Source: a virus. From it: a DNA stretch of 64,000 bases. The notes below the pieces were generated by a model. It did no database searches, had not been told where the DNA came from, and worked only from the letters and a program-made list of their open reading frames with translations. The stretch's first letter is position 1; the number at the start of each line of letters is the position of its first letter. Below are positions 7,312-17,478 of the stretch, in pieces. The position numbers and the translations under genes were made by a program. The DNA is taken from the IMG/VR virus record IMGVR_UViG_3300007513_000010; one strand, given 5' to 3'.

Positions 7312-8634
7312 TTGGCAAAGAAAATATATGTATTAGACACGAGTGTCTATCTCACAAATGCGGAATGTTTAGAATCTTTCTCAAACAATGATATTATTAT
7401 CCCACTCAGAGTTTTAGATGAAATAGACAAGCACAAAAAAAGACAAGACACAGTGGGCGCACACTCCAGAAACATAATTAGGAAACTAGACGCTCTCAGG
7501 GCGAAAGGAAACCTGTTTACGGGTGTGCGAATTGCTCCAAAAAAAGGAATTTTAAAAATAAGAGGATACGATCCGTTTGCATTGCCAGACGATTTAGACC
7601 TAGAGGATTCCGATAATCAAATTATTGCAACGGCCCTGTCTGTACAGGCTGAACTTTCAAATAAAAATAGAAAAGTTATTGTAGTTTCTCGAGATATAAA
7701 CATGAGGGTTAAATGTGATGCTCTCAAATTATTAACAGAGGATTATAATGTAGAGCAAGTAGTGGCACAGGCAGACGGGCTATATAAAGGAATAACTGAA
7801 TACCTAGTGGATGACCAATTGATAGAACAAGCGTACGCGGGAGATAAGCCAATCTATTTCGAAAGAAGCGAGATAGAACTGAATCCAAATCAGTTTATTA
7901 TGCTTATTTCGAACTCTAACGAGAAAAAGACAGCTCTTGTTAAATTTACGTCATATGGCATGCCAGTAAGGGTTATGAAAAGTCCCAAAAAAGATATATG
8001 GGGTCTAAAGCCGCGAAACAAAGAGCAGATGTTTGCGTTAGACATCCTGTTAGATAAAAATATACCACTAGTTTCTTTGGTGGGAAAAGCAGGCTCAGGA
8101 AAGACTCTTTTAGCTCTCGCCGCAGGATTGGAGCAAACTTTCGGACACGACCCGGTATATAAAAAAATAGTGGTTACAAAACCAGTCGAGCCAGTAGGGA
8201 AAGACATAGGCTTTCTTCCGGGGTCCATGGAAGAAAAAATGATGCCATGGCTAGCTCCAATACAAGATAACTTGCAATTTTTAATGGGAAACGACAAAAC
8301 TACGCTAGATATGTATATAGAGGATGGAAAAATTGAAGTAGAAGCCATGACTTATATACGTGGTCGCTCTATATCCAATGCATTTATTGTTATTGATGAG
8401 GCCCAGAACATGACCCGTCACGAAATTAAAACTGTTTTGACTCGAGTCGGAGAAGGTACAAAAATAATCTTAACAGGAGATATAGAACAGATTGACAATG
8501 TTTATATAGATGCAACAAATAATGGATTAACATATGTTGTTGAAAAATTGAAAAATGAAGAAATTAGCGGCCACATGACACTAATAAAGGGCGAAAGATC
8601 AAGGGTTGCAACAATAGCTGCACACAAGCTTTAA
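7312..8634 (+). CDS. phoH: PIN-PhoH (PhoH2-type) ATPase
   Basis: PIN motifs VLDTSV and VSRDINMR, Walker A GKAGSGKT, GFLPG, IRGRS, IDEAQN, and GDIEQID. Confidence 0.95.
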   Translation: MAKKIYVLDTSVYLTNAECLESFSNNDIIIPLRVLDEIDKHKKRQDTVGAHSRNIIRKLDALRAKGNLFTGVRIAPKKGILKIRGYDPFALPDDLDLEDSDNQIIATALSVQAELSNKNRKVIVVSRDINMRVKCDALKLLTEDYNVEQVVAQADGLYKGITEYLVDDQLIEQAYAGDKPIYFERSEIELNPNQFIMLISNSNEKKTALVKFTSYGMPVRVMKSPKKDIWGLKPRNKEQMFALDILLDKNIPLVSLVGKAGSGKTLLALAAGLEQTFGHDPVYKKIVVTKPVEPVGKDIGFLPGSMEEKMMPWLAPIQDNLQFLMGNDKTTLDMYIEDGKIEVEAMTYIRGRSISNAFIVIDEAQNMTRHEIKTVLTRVGEGTKIILTGDIEQIDNVYIDATNNGLTYVVEKLKNEEISGHMTLIKGERSRVATIAAHKL

Positions 8635-8645
8635 AAGGATATATA

Positions 8646-8915
8646 ATGAAAGTAGAATATAGAAAAACTCAATATGACAACACTCCTTCCATGTCGCAAG
8701 AAGTAGAGGAAGACACAAAACTTAAAGAAATAATAGTACAATATGTGGGAAGCAAGATAAACCCAAAAGAAGAAAAAGTTACAGTTGAAAATATAGTAGA
8801 TATATTTGCAGATGAGTTTCCTGAGTTTGTTTTGGCCCTAGCGGAAGAAAACTGGATAAGAGGGTACAACCAAGGAGTCGCTGATAAAATTGTGATGCAA
8901 AAAGATGACAACTAG
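8646..8915 (+). CDS. Hypothetical protein
   Basis: 89-aa ORF in the operon, with an AAGGA SD. Confidence 0.7.
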   Translation: MKVEYRKTQYDNTPSMSQEVEEDTKLKEIIVQYVGSKINPKEEKVTVENIVDIFADEFPEFVLALAEENWIRGYNQGVADKIVMQKDDN

Positions 8916-9576
8916 GGGGTACATCAAAAATTCCAAACCACTTCAATTTAGAGTCAAAGGCGTCAAGGTTATACAAACTGGAAAATTTACTGGCAACTTT
9001 TCACCGAAAGAGAGCATAGAGCAGGCATTAGAGAGTATACCGCAACACTTGCTTGGGAATCTTGACTCAATATATATTGGTGATTATGAATTTCTGAAAG
9101 CGAGAGAGATAAACGCAGCCTACAAGGACGCGGCAATATTTGTCTCTAACGAACAAGATAACAATCAAGATCTGGCAGATGATATTGTTCATGAGGTGGC
9201 CCACTCGATAGAAGAAACCCACCAAGAGCTAATATATTCAGACAAAAGTATTGAACGGGAATTTTTAAACAAAAGAAGAGAACTGTATTCTATCTTAGCA
9301 ACAGAGGGGTATAAAGCAGAACTAATAAGATTTATAAACCCAGAGTATGATTCTGAGTTTGATCAGTTTTTGTACAAAGAGGTGGGATATTCGGCATTAT
9401 CAATGCTAAGCGTTAACTTGTTTTATTCTCCTTATGGGGCCACATCATTGAGGGAATATTTTGCAAATGGTTTTGAGGCACTCTTCCATCACAGGGATGT
9501 TGAAAGAATCCGCGCCATTAGTCCGAATTTATTTGACAAGCTGACAAAATTAGTGTATTCTAATAGAGAGGAATAG
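8905..9576 (+). CDS. HExxH zinc-metallopeptidase-like protein
   Basis: IVHEVAHSIE plus a downstream REYFANGFE third-ligand-like motif. Confidence 0.65.
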   Translation: MTTRGYIKNSKPLQFRVKGVKVIQTGKFTGNFSPKESIEQALESIPQHLLGNLDSIYIGDYEFLKAREINAAYKDAAIFVSNEQDNNQDLADDIVHEVAHSIEETHQELIYSDKSIEREFLNKRRELYSILATEGYKAELIRFINPEYDSEFDQFLYKEVGYSALSMLSVNLFYSPYGATSLREYFANGFEALFHHRDVERIRAISPNLFDKLTKLVYSNREE

Positions 9577-9578
9577 AA

Positions 9579-9950
9579 ATGAAGTATAAAATTGCCGAAG
9601 AGCCTGAATTGGTAAAAATAAAGGTAGAAATGCCGCAACGTCAGGCAGCTTCGCAAAAAAAACAATATTGTGATGTAGATGTTTGTTTGTTTCTTTTGAG
9701 AGAAGAGGGCATTGAAATAGAATCTATTTTACATGGCCACAATCTTGTTGTCTCCAACACAGAGATAGACTCTAGGCCATTTTCTGGAGAGTGGGTTTTT
9801 AGAAAAAAGAACTCTAGAAATTCATCCATAGCCCCACGCGAGGAAGAGGTTGTCAAAAAAGCACCTTTCCGCTCACGCATTAAGAAGGTGGCATCCAAGC
9901 CCAAGCCCACAACAACAAGATCAAGAAAAAAGACAACAAAACAACAATAA
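9579..9950 (+). CDS. Hypothetical protein with basic C-terminal tail
   Basis: 123-aa ORF with a GAGG SD. Confidence 0.65.
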   Translation: MKYKIAEEPELVKIKVEMPQRQAASQKKQYCDVDVCLFLLREEGIEIESILHGHNLVVSNTEIDSRPFSGEWVFRKKNSRNSSIAPREEEVVKKAPFRSRIKKVASKPKPTTTRSRKKTTKQQ

Positions 9951-9969
9951 ATAATACGAAAGAGAAAAA

Positions 9970-10743
9970 ATGGAAAAAATTAGCTTTTCTGAGCTTAAGA
10001 CGTGGAAAGAGTGCCCCTACAAGCACAAACTAACATATGTAGAGGGGAATAGGTTATTCCAGGGAAATATATATACAGCCTTCGGAACAGCAATTCATTC
10101 AGTTTGTGAGGAAATCATTGTAGATAATCGCAAGAATTCAAAAGAAATATTCTTGGCCTCTTACGAAAGGGAACTGGAAAACCTTCCAGACGATACTCGA
10201 CCCACCGATCAAGCAATTATAGATGAATTTAGAACACAGGGGTTGGGTTTGTGTGAACACATACTACCAGCTGTGAAGGAAGAGTTTAAAGAATACGAAG
10301 TTGTTTCAGTAGAAGAGCCGCTGTTTGAGCAAATAAATGACTTCGAAGCCTCCGGAAGAAATTTTAAGGGCTTTATTGATCTGGTCTTAAGAACTTCAGA
10401 TGGCAAGATTCACATAATTGATTGGAAATCTTGTAGTTGGGGCTGGAACATGAAAAAGAAATCAGACCCGATGGTTAATTACCAGTTAACTTTCTACAAA
10501 AAATTCTTTTCAGAAAAGCACAGTATTCCTCCGGAAGATATAGAAACGTATTTTGCTTTATTAAAGCGCACCGCCCGTGACAAAAAAGTAGAAATATTCC
10601 GGGTCACATCCGGGAAGAAGAAAACAAAAAACGCCCTTAATCTTTTGGAAATAGCTATTAAAAATATAGATAATAAAGTGTATATTAAGAATAGGCTTTC
10701 GTGTGAAAGGTGTGTGTTTTATAAAACTGAGTATTGTAAATGA
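9970..10743 (+). CDS. PD-(D/E)XK (RecB/Cas4-like) exonuclease
   Basis: ISFS..CP, FGTAIH, GFIDLV, IIDWKS, YQL..Y, and C-terminal CERC...C Fe-S ligands. Confidence 0.88.
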   Translation: MEKISFSELKTWKECPYKHKLTYVEGNRLFQGNIYTAFGTAIHSVCEEIIVDNRKNSKEIFLASYERELENLPDDTRPTDQAIIDEFRTQGLGLCEHILPAVKEEFKEYEVVSVEEPLFEQINDFEASGRNFKGFIDLVLRTSDGKIHIIDWKSCSWGWNMKKKSDPMVNYQLTFYKKFFSEKHSIPPEDIETYFALLKRTARDKKVEIFRVTSGKKKTKNALNLLEIAIKNIDNKVYIKNRLSCERCVFYKTEYCK

Positions 10744-11993
10744 GTAAAAAGAAAAAAGTACTAATATTGGCCGACTCTCCGTTTGCTCCATCCGGCATAG
10801 GGACCCAGACAAACTACATGATTAGAGGACTTCTAGCCACAGGGGAATATAGCTTTGTTTGTCTCGCCGGCGCCATAAAGCATGAGGACTACACCCCTAT
10901 AAAAACAGAAGAATACGGAGAAGACCTTATCGTGTATCCAGTAGATGGGTATGGTTCGCCAGAATTGGTTAGAAGTATGTTGGTCGTCCACCGGCCTGAT
11001 GTTGTGTGGTTTATGACAGATCCTAGATTTTGGGTATGGTTATGGCAAATGGAGAACGAGGTAAGAACGCATGTACCTATGGTATATTATCACGTTTGGG
11101 ATAACTACCCCTTTCCCAGGTATAATGCAATATATTATAATTCTAACGATTATGTTGTAGCAATCAGTAAATTGACAGAGGATATAGTCAGAAATACCTC
11201 TCCAGAAGTCCCTTTGGTTAGGATCCCTCACACTGTAGATACTAATGTTTTCCGCAAGATGCAGCCCCCGGAGTATGAGAAGTTTTATGATCAGGCCCCA
11301 TCTTTAAAAGATAAGCTTGTTTTTTTCTGGAATAATAGAAATGCTCGCAGGAAACAATCAGGAACTTTAATATGGTGGTTTAAGGAATATTTAGATATTG
11401 TTGGCAAAGATAAAGCAGTCTTGCTGATGCACACAGAACCAAAGGATGAACATGGCCAAGATTTAGAATCAATAATAGAGGAACTTGGAATAACAAACGG
11501 AGAGGTGATTCTTTCTACGAAAAAAATGTCAGCACAAGACTTGGCAAGGTTCTATAACATAGCTGATTGCACAATAAACATTTCAGATGCTGAGGGTTTT
11601 GGTCTTTCAACTTTAGAATCTTTATCTTGCGAAACACCAATAATTGTAAATATGACAGGCGGACTTCAAGAGCAAGTTACGGATGGTGAGCAGTTTTTTG
11701 GATACGGAATAGAGCCGGCCTCTAAAGCAGTTATAGGTTCTCAAACGGTGCCCTATATTTATGAAGATAGGATCTCAAAAGAAGACTTTTTGGATGTTAT
11801 GATAAAGTTTACAAATCTTACTGATGACGAGCGGGCTGCTTTGGGCACATCCGGCAGGAACCATGTTCTAAAAAATTATTCGATGTCGGGATACGTTAAT
11901 ATGTGGAACGCCCTTTTTAATGAAATTACATCTTCGTGTGGCTCTTGGGATACGAGGGTTGGATACAAACCGTGGAGTTTGGAGAAATTATGA
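10740..11993 (+). CDS. Glycosyltransferase, GT-B fold (GT4-like)
   Basis: EGFGLSTLESLSC (Ex7E), PHTVD, and NRNARRK. Confidence 0.9.
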   Translation: MSKKKKVLILADSPFAPSGIGTQTNYMIRGLLATGEYSFVCLAGAIKHEDYTPIKTEEYGEDLIVYPVDGYGSPELVRSMLVVHRPDVVWFMTDPRFWVWLWQMENEVRTHVPMVYYHVWDNYPFPRYNAIYYNSNDYVVAISKLTEDIVRNTSPEVPLVRIPHTVDTNVFRKMQPPEYEKFYDQAPSLKDKLVFFWNNRNARRKQSGTLIWWFKEYLDIVGKDKAVLLMHTEPKDEHGQDLESIIEELGITNGEVILSTKKMSAQDLARFYNIADCTINISDAEGFGLSTLESLSCETPIIVNMTGGLQEQVTDGEQFFGYGIEPASKAVIGSQTVPYIYEDRISKEDFLDVMIKFTNLTDDERAALGTSGRNHVLKNYSMSGYVNMWNALFNEITSSCGSWDTRVGYKPWSLEKL

Positions 11994-14038
11994 AAAAAGT
12001 TTTAGTTAAAGGGCCCGCTCTTAGTCGTTCGGGGTATGGCGAACAGACGAGATTTTTGTTGAAAAGCCTCAGAAGAATAGAATCAAAAATCGATATTTTA
12101 ATCATGAATATTTCTTGGGGTCACAGCGGGTGGATAACGGAAGCAGATGAAAATAGGAGCTGGATAGATCAAAAACTGCAAGAAACCCACAAATATTTAA
12201 CAGAAGGTGGACAAGTGGATGTCTCAATACAGGTCACCATTCCAAATGAATTTGAAAAAATAGCACCGGTAAACATTGGATATACCGCAGGGATAGAAGT
12301 CGACAGAGTAAGTCCAGAATGGATACAAAAATGCAATGAAATGGATAAAGTTATAGTAGTTTCAGATCATTCAAAGAAAGTTTTAGAGAAGACAAGATAT
12401 GAGATTTTAAAAAACGAACAACAGGTGGCAAATTTAGAGCTGTCGTCCCCGGTCGATTATGTGAACTATTGTGTAAGGTGTGTGGATCCTGATGATGAAT
12501 TTGAACTAAACCTAGAGACTGATTTCAATTTTTTGGCTGTAGCTCAAATAGGCCCCAGAAAGAACGTTCCGTTATTGCTCGAGTCATTCTTGGATGAGTT
12601 TAAGGATAACCCAAATGTGGGATTAGTTTTAAAAAGTCACTTTGCAAATTGTTCAAAATATGATCGCCATTATTGCAAAAAAGAACTTGGAGTCTTTCTG
12701 GAAAAACATGGAGACAGAAAATGCAAAGTTTATTTGCTGCATGGTGACATGTCTGAAAAAGAAATGTGTTCCCTATATAGGCATGACAAGATTAGCTCGA
12801 TGGTTTCGACAACTCATGGTGAGGGTTTTGGTCTCCCTTTGTTTGAGGCCGCCTGCAATGGCCTTCCAGTCATTGCCCCAAACTGGAGTGGACAAAGAGA
12901 TTTTCTAAATGCCCCGGTTCTGGAGAAGAAACGTAGTAAGTCTGGGAAAACAAAGACTTCAAAAAAGATTAAACCTTTATTTTGTGAAATACCGTTTACT
13001 CTAGAAGAGGTTGGACAAGAGGCCGTGTGGGATACTGTTATAAATAAAGACTCAAAATGGTGCACCGTAAAGGGGAATGATGTAAGAGGGGCAATGCGAA
13101 AGGTTTATAACAACCTTAAGACATATCAGGCTAAAGCAAACAAGTTGAAATCTCACATTTTAGAAAACTTTACTGAAGAGTTGTTGGCAAAAGAATTTTG
13201 TTTTAAACTTTTCGGGGAATCTGTCGAAAATCCGGCAGACAGGGTTTCGAAAGAAGAGATTCCAAAAATTTCATTAATTACTTCTGTGTTTAATGCAAAA
13301 GAGCATATTGAACAGCTCATGGAGGATGTGACAAGCCAGACCATATTTAAAGAAAAGTGCGAATGGGTAATATTGAATGCAAACCCAGAAGGTTCGGATG
13401 AGGAAGAAAAAGTAATACAAAAATATGTAAAAAAATTTCCAGAAAACATTATTTATCAAAGATTAGAGGCAGACCCTGGCATTTATGCAACTTGGAATTT
13501 GGCACTAAAAATGTCAACCGGAGAATTTATTACTAATATGAATTGTGACGATCGCCGCGCTCCAAATGCCTTAGAGCGTCAGGCAAAAACTTTAGTAGCA
13601 AATCCTGACGCCAGTCTTGTTTATAACGACAGCTATATTGTTCACGAGCCGAACATTAGCTGGGATACGCTACCACCAGATAGCAAGAAATATAATTTTG
13701 AAGAATTCTCGAAAGAATCCATGATAAGGGGTAACCAGCCGCACAACAATCCCATGTGGAAGAAGGATCTTCATGAAAAACATGGATATTTTAGAGAAGA
13801 TTACGGCTCAGCTTCAGATTGGGAATTTTGGCTTCGTTGTACTTTTGCGGGTGAGAGATTTATTAAATATCCCGAACCTTTGGGTATTTATTATTTTAAT
13901 CCGAAAGGGATTTCGACAGACCCCGAAAACAACAACTGGAAAAGAAAAGAAGAGAGAGAAATATTTAAAAAATATTTTGCAATTATGAAAGAAGAAAGAT
14001 CCAAACCCCCAGAAGAATCAACAGGCTTGGTTCTGTAG
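11990..14038 (+). CDS. Fused GT4-like + GT2 glycosyltransferase (start ATG 11990)
   Basis: N-half has SGYG, RKN and EGFGLPLFEAA; C-half has ISLITSVFN, NCDD and SDWEFWLR. Confidence 0.9.
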   Translation: MKKVLVKGPALSRSGYGEQTRFLLKSLRRIESKIDILIMNISWGHSGWITEADENRSWIDQKLQETHKYLTEGGQVDVSIQVTIPNEFEKIAPVNIGYTAGIEVDRVSPEWIQKCNEMDKVIVVSDHSKKVLEKTRYEILKNEQQVANLELSSPVDYVNYCVRCVDPDDEFELNLETDFNFLAVAQIGPRKNVPLLLESFLDEFKDNPNVGLVLKSHFANCSKYDRHYCKKELGVFLEKHGDRKCKVYLLHGDMSEKEMCSLYRHDKISSMVSTTHGEGFGLPLFEAACNGLPVIAPNWSGQRDFLNAPVLEKKRSKSGKTKTSKKIKPLFCEIPFTLEEVGQEAVWDTVINKDSKWCTVKGNDVRGAMRKVYNNLKTYQAKANKLKSHILENFTEELLAKEFCFKLFGESVENPADRVSKEEIPKISLITSVFNAKEHIEQLMEDVTSQTIFKEKCEWVILNANPEGSDEEEKVIQKYVKKFPENIIYQRLEADPGIYATWNLALKMSTGEFITNMNCDDRRAPNALERQAKTLVANPDASLVYNDSYIVHEPNISWDTLPPDSKKYNFEEFSKESMIRGNQPHNNPMWKKDLHEKHGYFREDYGSASDWEFWLRCTFAGERFIKYPEPLGIYYFNPKGISTDPENNNWKRKEEREIFKKYFAIMKEERSKPPEESTGLVL

Positions 14039-14039
14039 A

Positions 14040-14873
14040 ATGATAAATTTATGCTCAGTTGTAACCAAGAATTGTCTAAATGAATTTCTTTTAACAAAGT
14101 TTTCTTGTGAGAAGTTCAATGAGTGTAAATGGTATATTTCTTGTGATCAAGTTTCGGCTGAAACCTTATCAAATTTTGCAAATGTAGAGATTTTTGTTTT
14201 TAAAGTTAATGACGAAATTTCTGATCATAATTCCTCGATACCATCCCGCCGCGCACAATTTTTGAATATTATTTTAAATAAATTTAAAACTCTAGAGCGA
14301 TGCCTGGAGAAAGAGCGGCATGCCATTTTTCTGGACAGTGATATGTTATTCGTGGGCTCAATAGATTTGAAGTCTGTGAATCTACTTAATGATAAGGAAA
14401 TTGATTTTATAGTTTCGCCTCATTATTCTCGTGACCCTATGAACGAAGATAAGCATGGGTTTTATAATGTCGGAATGTTTGGCTTGCATGATCCTGAAAA
14501 TCTTAAACAATGGAAATATTTGACTGAAAATTGCGACAAACTTGGGCTTTACTATGAACAGAAGCCTTTTGAGCTGATACTTAGTAATTTTAAATCGTTA
14601 AATCTTCCAATTAATAACAACATTGGATGGTGGAGGTTTAATAATGCTAGAACGAGCAATAGAATTAATCAATTAAAATTAGAAAATGAAAAAATAATGT
14701 TTGGTCAACTGCCCGCAACAAATTTTCATTTTCATGTCTTCAAGGCACCCAACGGATATAATCCGGGCTCTTTTCTTGTGGAAAGGGTTTTTGGTTTATT
14801 ATCAGAGTCTGACCTGCCAGAATACAAAGAGATATTGGAATATTATGAGACCTTATCAAAAGAAGTTATTTGA
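14040..14873 (+). CDS. GT-A fold glycosyltransferase (GT8-like)
   Basis: IFLDSDM (DxD), YNVGMF, and YEQ. Confidence 0.7.
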   Translation: MINLCSVVTKNCLNEFLLTKFSCEKFNECKWYISCDQVSAETLSNFANVEIFVFKVNDEISDHNSSIPSRRAQFLNIILNKFKTLERCLEKERHAIFLDSDMLFVGSIDLKSVNLLNDKEIDFIVSPHYSRDPMNEDKHGFYNVGMFGLHDPENLKQWKYLTENCDKLGLYYEQKPFELILSNFKSLNLPINNNIGWWRFNNARTSNRINQLKLENEKIMFGQLPATNFHFHVFKAPNGYNPGSFLVERVFGLLSESDLPEYKEILEYYETLSKEVI

Positions 14874-15747
14874 ATTATTTGAAGAGTTTTGCCCCAACCC
14901 ACAATGGCCAACATATCCTCCATATCATGTGGGTCCATATCTCGAACAATATTTTATAAATTACTATAAAAATAGTCCGTTAGAGAAGGGTAGGTATTTT
15001 ATTCCTATACATTGGAGTGGTTGTTATATTAACAATCGAGACCAGCCTCTGATAACACTACAAAAAACATTAGATTCTCTAGATCAAGAACTGCCCTATT
15101 TTACAGTCTCGACTCATGATGATGCACCTAGGGAATCTTTACCAAGAAATACGGTTTGCTATTCGGCGGGAGGAAACGCTGCAGGTACGCCAATACCTCT
15201 GATAGTTTCGGAAATACCGAAAGAATACAGGACCTCAGCAGAAAAGAAGATTTTAGCATCCTTTATAGGTTCAGCAAACACCCACCCCTTAAGAGTAAAG
15301 ATGTATCAGCAATTTTTTAATAATAGTGATTTTTATTTTTCTCAAAGAAGTTGGTCAGAAAAAGTATCAGAAGACCAATTTGAAAATTTTGTGAATTATA
15401 CAAAGAGTAGTTATTTTGGTTTAGCGCCTAGAGGGTATGGAAAAACGAGTTATAGGCTTTATGAAATAATGCAGTTGGGGTCGGTACCTGTTTATATCAG
15501 TGATGATTTTTGGTTACCATGGATCGGAGATTTTGACTGGGATAAGGCGATTATAAAATGCAAACCAGAAGATTTAGATATACTAGATTTAACTCTGCAA
15601 GACTGTTTGTATTCGGGAGAGTACGAAGATAAGCTACAGTATATAAGAGAATCTTACGATAAATATTTTACAATAGACTCGACAACAAAAAAGATCTTAA
15701 AGAAGGTAGAAAATGAAGAAATTAATGTTCGCCATAGCGGACTATAA
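14845..15747 (+). CDS. Exostosin-family (GT47) glycosyltransferase (start ATG 14845)
   Basis: ASFIGS, SYFGLAPRGYGKTSYRLYE...GSVPVYISD..LP. Confidence 0.85.
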   Translation: MRPYQKKLFELFEEFCPNPQWPTYPPYHVGPYLEQYFINYYKNSPLEKGRYFIPIHWSGCYINNRDQPLITLQKTLDSLDQELPYFTVSTHDDAPRESLPRNTVCYSAGGNAAGTPIPLIVSEIPKEYRTSAEKKILASFIGSANTHPLRVKMYQQFFNNSDFYFSQRSWSEKVSEDQFENFVNYTKSSYFGLAPRGYGKTSYRLYEIMQLGSVPVYISDDFWLPWIGDFDWDKAIIKCKPEDLDILDLTLQDCLYSGEYEDKLQYIRESYDKYFTIDSTTKKILKKVENEEINVRHSGL

Positions 15748-16477
15748 AGATGAGAGACAGGAAATATTTGAAAAGCACTTGTCTCCTAGAAATCAAGAGT
15801 ACTGTGATCACCATGGCTTTGAATATAAGGTTATAAAAAATGGTATAAAATATAGAGGGAATTACACTTGGCATAAAGTCTATGAAATTAAAAGAATGCT
15901 TGATGAAGGAGAATTGCAAGATGGAGACTGTGTCTGTAATATAGATGCAGATATGTGTATTGTTGACGGCCGTCACTCAATCTTTCCATCTGAAGGGAAA
16001 AGCTTCTCTTTGGCCATAGATAATGGAAATACTCATTGCTGGGGCTGGATTTCTTTACGAGTTAATGACTGGTCTAGAAATATGATAAATCAAATCGTGG
16101 ACGACGAGAGGTGGGAAAGGTTAAAAAGCACACCTCACGGCACAGATTTTCGGGAACAGGCTATGTGGTATTTTCTTTGCGGAATCATGCCCCATAGTTG
16201 GAATTCATTTTTAGAAATGCCAAATTACGGTTGGTATAGCGCTTATGATGAAAAGGAAACATATTATGAGATAGACGAATTGTACGAAAATGTAGAAATT
16301 CGAGGCCCGGAATGGAATACCACTCTCCTTTCAGAAGAGCAGGCAGACCCGGTAAGCAGGTGGTTACAACAGTACAACATTGTTAAGTCAAATAAGGAGG
16401 ATACAATTATTAGGCACTGGGCAGGCCGTCAGCCTTGGAATTATCAAGAATATTGCAAGGGCTCTATAGTAAAATGA
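15713..16477 (+). CDS. GT34-like (GMA12/MNN10-type) glycosyltransferase
   Basis: YCDHHGFEY, WHKV, IDAD, EQA, and IRHWAG. Confidence 0.7.
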   Translation: MKKLMFAIADYKDERQEIFEKHLSPRNQEYCDHHGFEYKVIKNGIKYRGNYTWHKVYEIKRMLDEGELQDGDCVCNIDADMCIVDGRHSIFPSEGKSFSLAIDNGNTHCWGWISLRVNDWSRNMINQIVDDERWERLKSTPHGTDFREQAMWYFLCGIMPHSWNSFLEMPNYGWYSAYDEKETYYEIDELYENVEIRGPEWNTTLLSEEQADPVSRWLQQYNIVKSNKEDTIIRHWAGRQPWNYQEYCKGSIVK

Positions 16478-17478
16478 GAATATTATTCGTAACTACCATG
16501 TCTGCTAAAAAACAGGGAGACCTACTTGAAGTTGGCATTTTGCATGGCCTTAGAAGTCTCTTGGGAAAGGATTGTATAGACTACCCAAGGAAGAAAATAA
16601 TGTATCATGATTGGTCAGAAACAAAAAAAGAAGATCTTCACGGTATGGGTTTTTCTTTGTTGACTGAGTCAATCAAGGACATATCTACAGTCGAAAGACA
16701 TGACATGAAGAACATTGACGTTGTTTTATATGGTAATGTCGGCCAGTATGATTATGGTGAATTGGAGTATATAAATAGTTTGGTTGCAAAACAAGATATA
16801 TGGTATTTAGACAGTCACGATCTTTACGGTTATGCTCCAAAAATGATAGAACACCCTTCAGAACTTGGAAAAGTTATAGGAATACAAAAGAAGCCATGTT
16901 TTAAAAGAGAACTGTTAACAAACCAGCAAGATGTGTACCCAACAGGCTTATGCATTCCTTCATCTAGAATTAGGAAATTCGACTTGCAACTGAAAGAGCA
17001 GTGGTTTCAGAAAACCGCTCCGGATGTCGCCCTGTTCCGCACTCAAGAGGATCTTGGGAACAGAAAAAATTACAAATTTGAAGATGAAGAAGAATACATG
17101 CAAGACCTTCAAAAGTCTTGGTTTGGTTTAACATGTAAGAGGGGCGGCTGGGATGCACTTAGACACTATGAAATTCTTGCTTCTGGGGCTCTTTTACTAT
17201 TTAGGGACTATGATGATAAACCCGCATGGTGTTCTCCACAAGATTTGCCATGCTATTCCTACTCTAGCAAACAGGAGCTGACATCTTTGGTGACTAGATT
17301 GGTAAACTTTAACAATGGGCTACCAACATCAGAATATATTAACATGCTAGAGGCTCAAAGAAGCTGGCTAAAAGAGTGTGGAACGACCATCGCGAGAGCG
17401 CGAAAAATAGTAGATTGCTTAAAAGAACACAAACAAAAAAAGAAGGAGAACAAAAAATGGAAAACAAACTTTATTTAG
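16474..17478 (+). CDS. Putative glycosyltransferase (start ATG 16474)
   Basis: FKRE and GGWDALRHYEILASG GT-B-like C-terminal motif; operon context. Confidence 0.6.
   Translation: MRILFVTTMSAKKQGDLLEVGILHGLRSLLGKDCIDYPRKKIMYHDWSETKKEDLHGMGFSLLTESIKDISTVERHDMKNIDVVLYGNVGQYDYGELEYINSLVAKQDIWYLDSHDLYGYAPKMIEHPSELGKVIGIQKKPCFKRELLTNQQDVYPTGLCIPSSRIRKFDLQLKEQWFQKTAPDVALFRTQEDLGNRKNYKFEDEEEYMQDLQKSWFGLTCKRGGWDALRHYEILASGALLLFRDYDDKPAWCSPQDLPCYSYSSKQELTSLVTRLVNFNNGLPTSEYINMLEAQRSWLKECGTTIARARKIVDCLKEHKQKKKENKKWKTNFI

Noticed and set aside
9970-10743. Cas4-like nuclease as a sign of CRISPR-Cas
   Set aside because: No repeat-spacer array or other cas genes are visible; stand-alone PD-(D/E)XK nucleases are common in phages.
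10740-14038. GT4 genes as DNA glucosyltransferases
   Set aside because: Not excluded, but no hydroxymethylase or other base-modification genes are in the window, and the companion enzymes indicate complex glycan chains.
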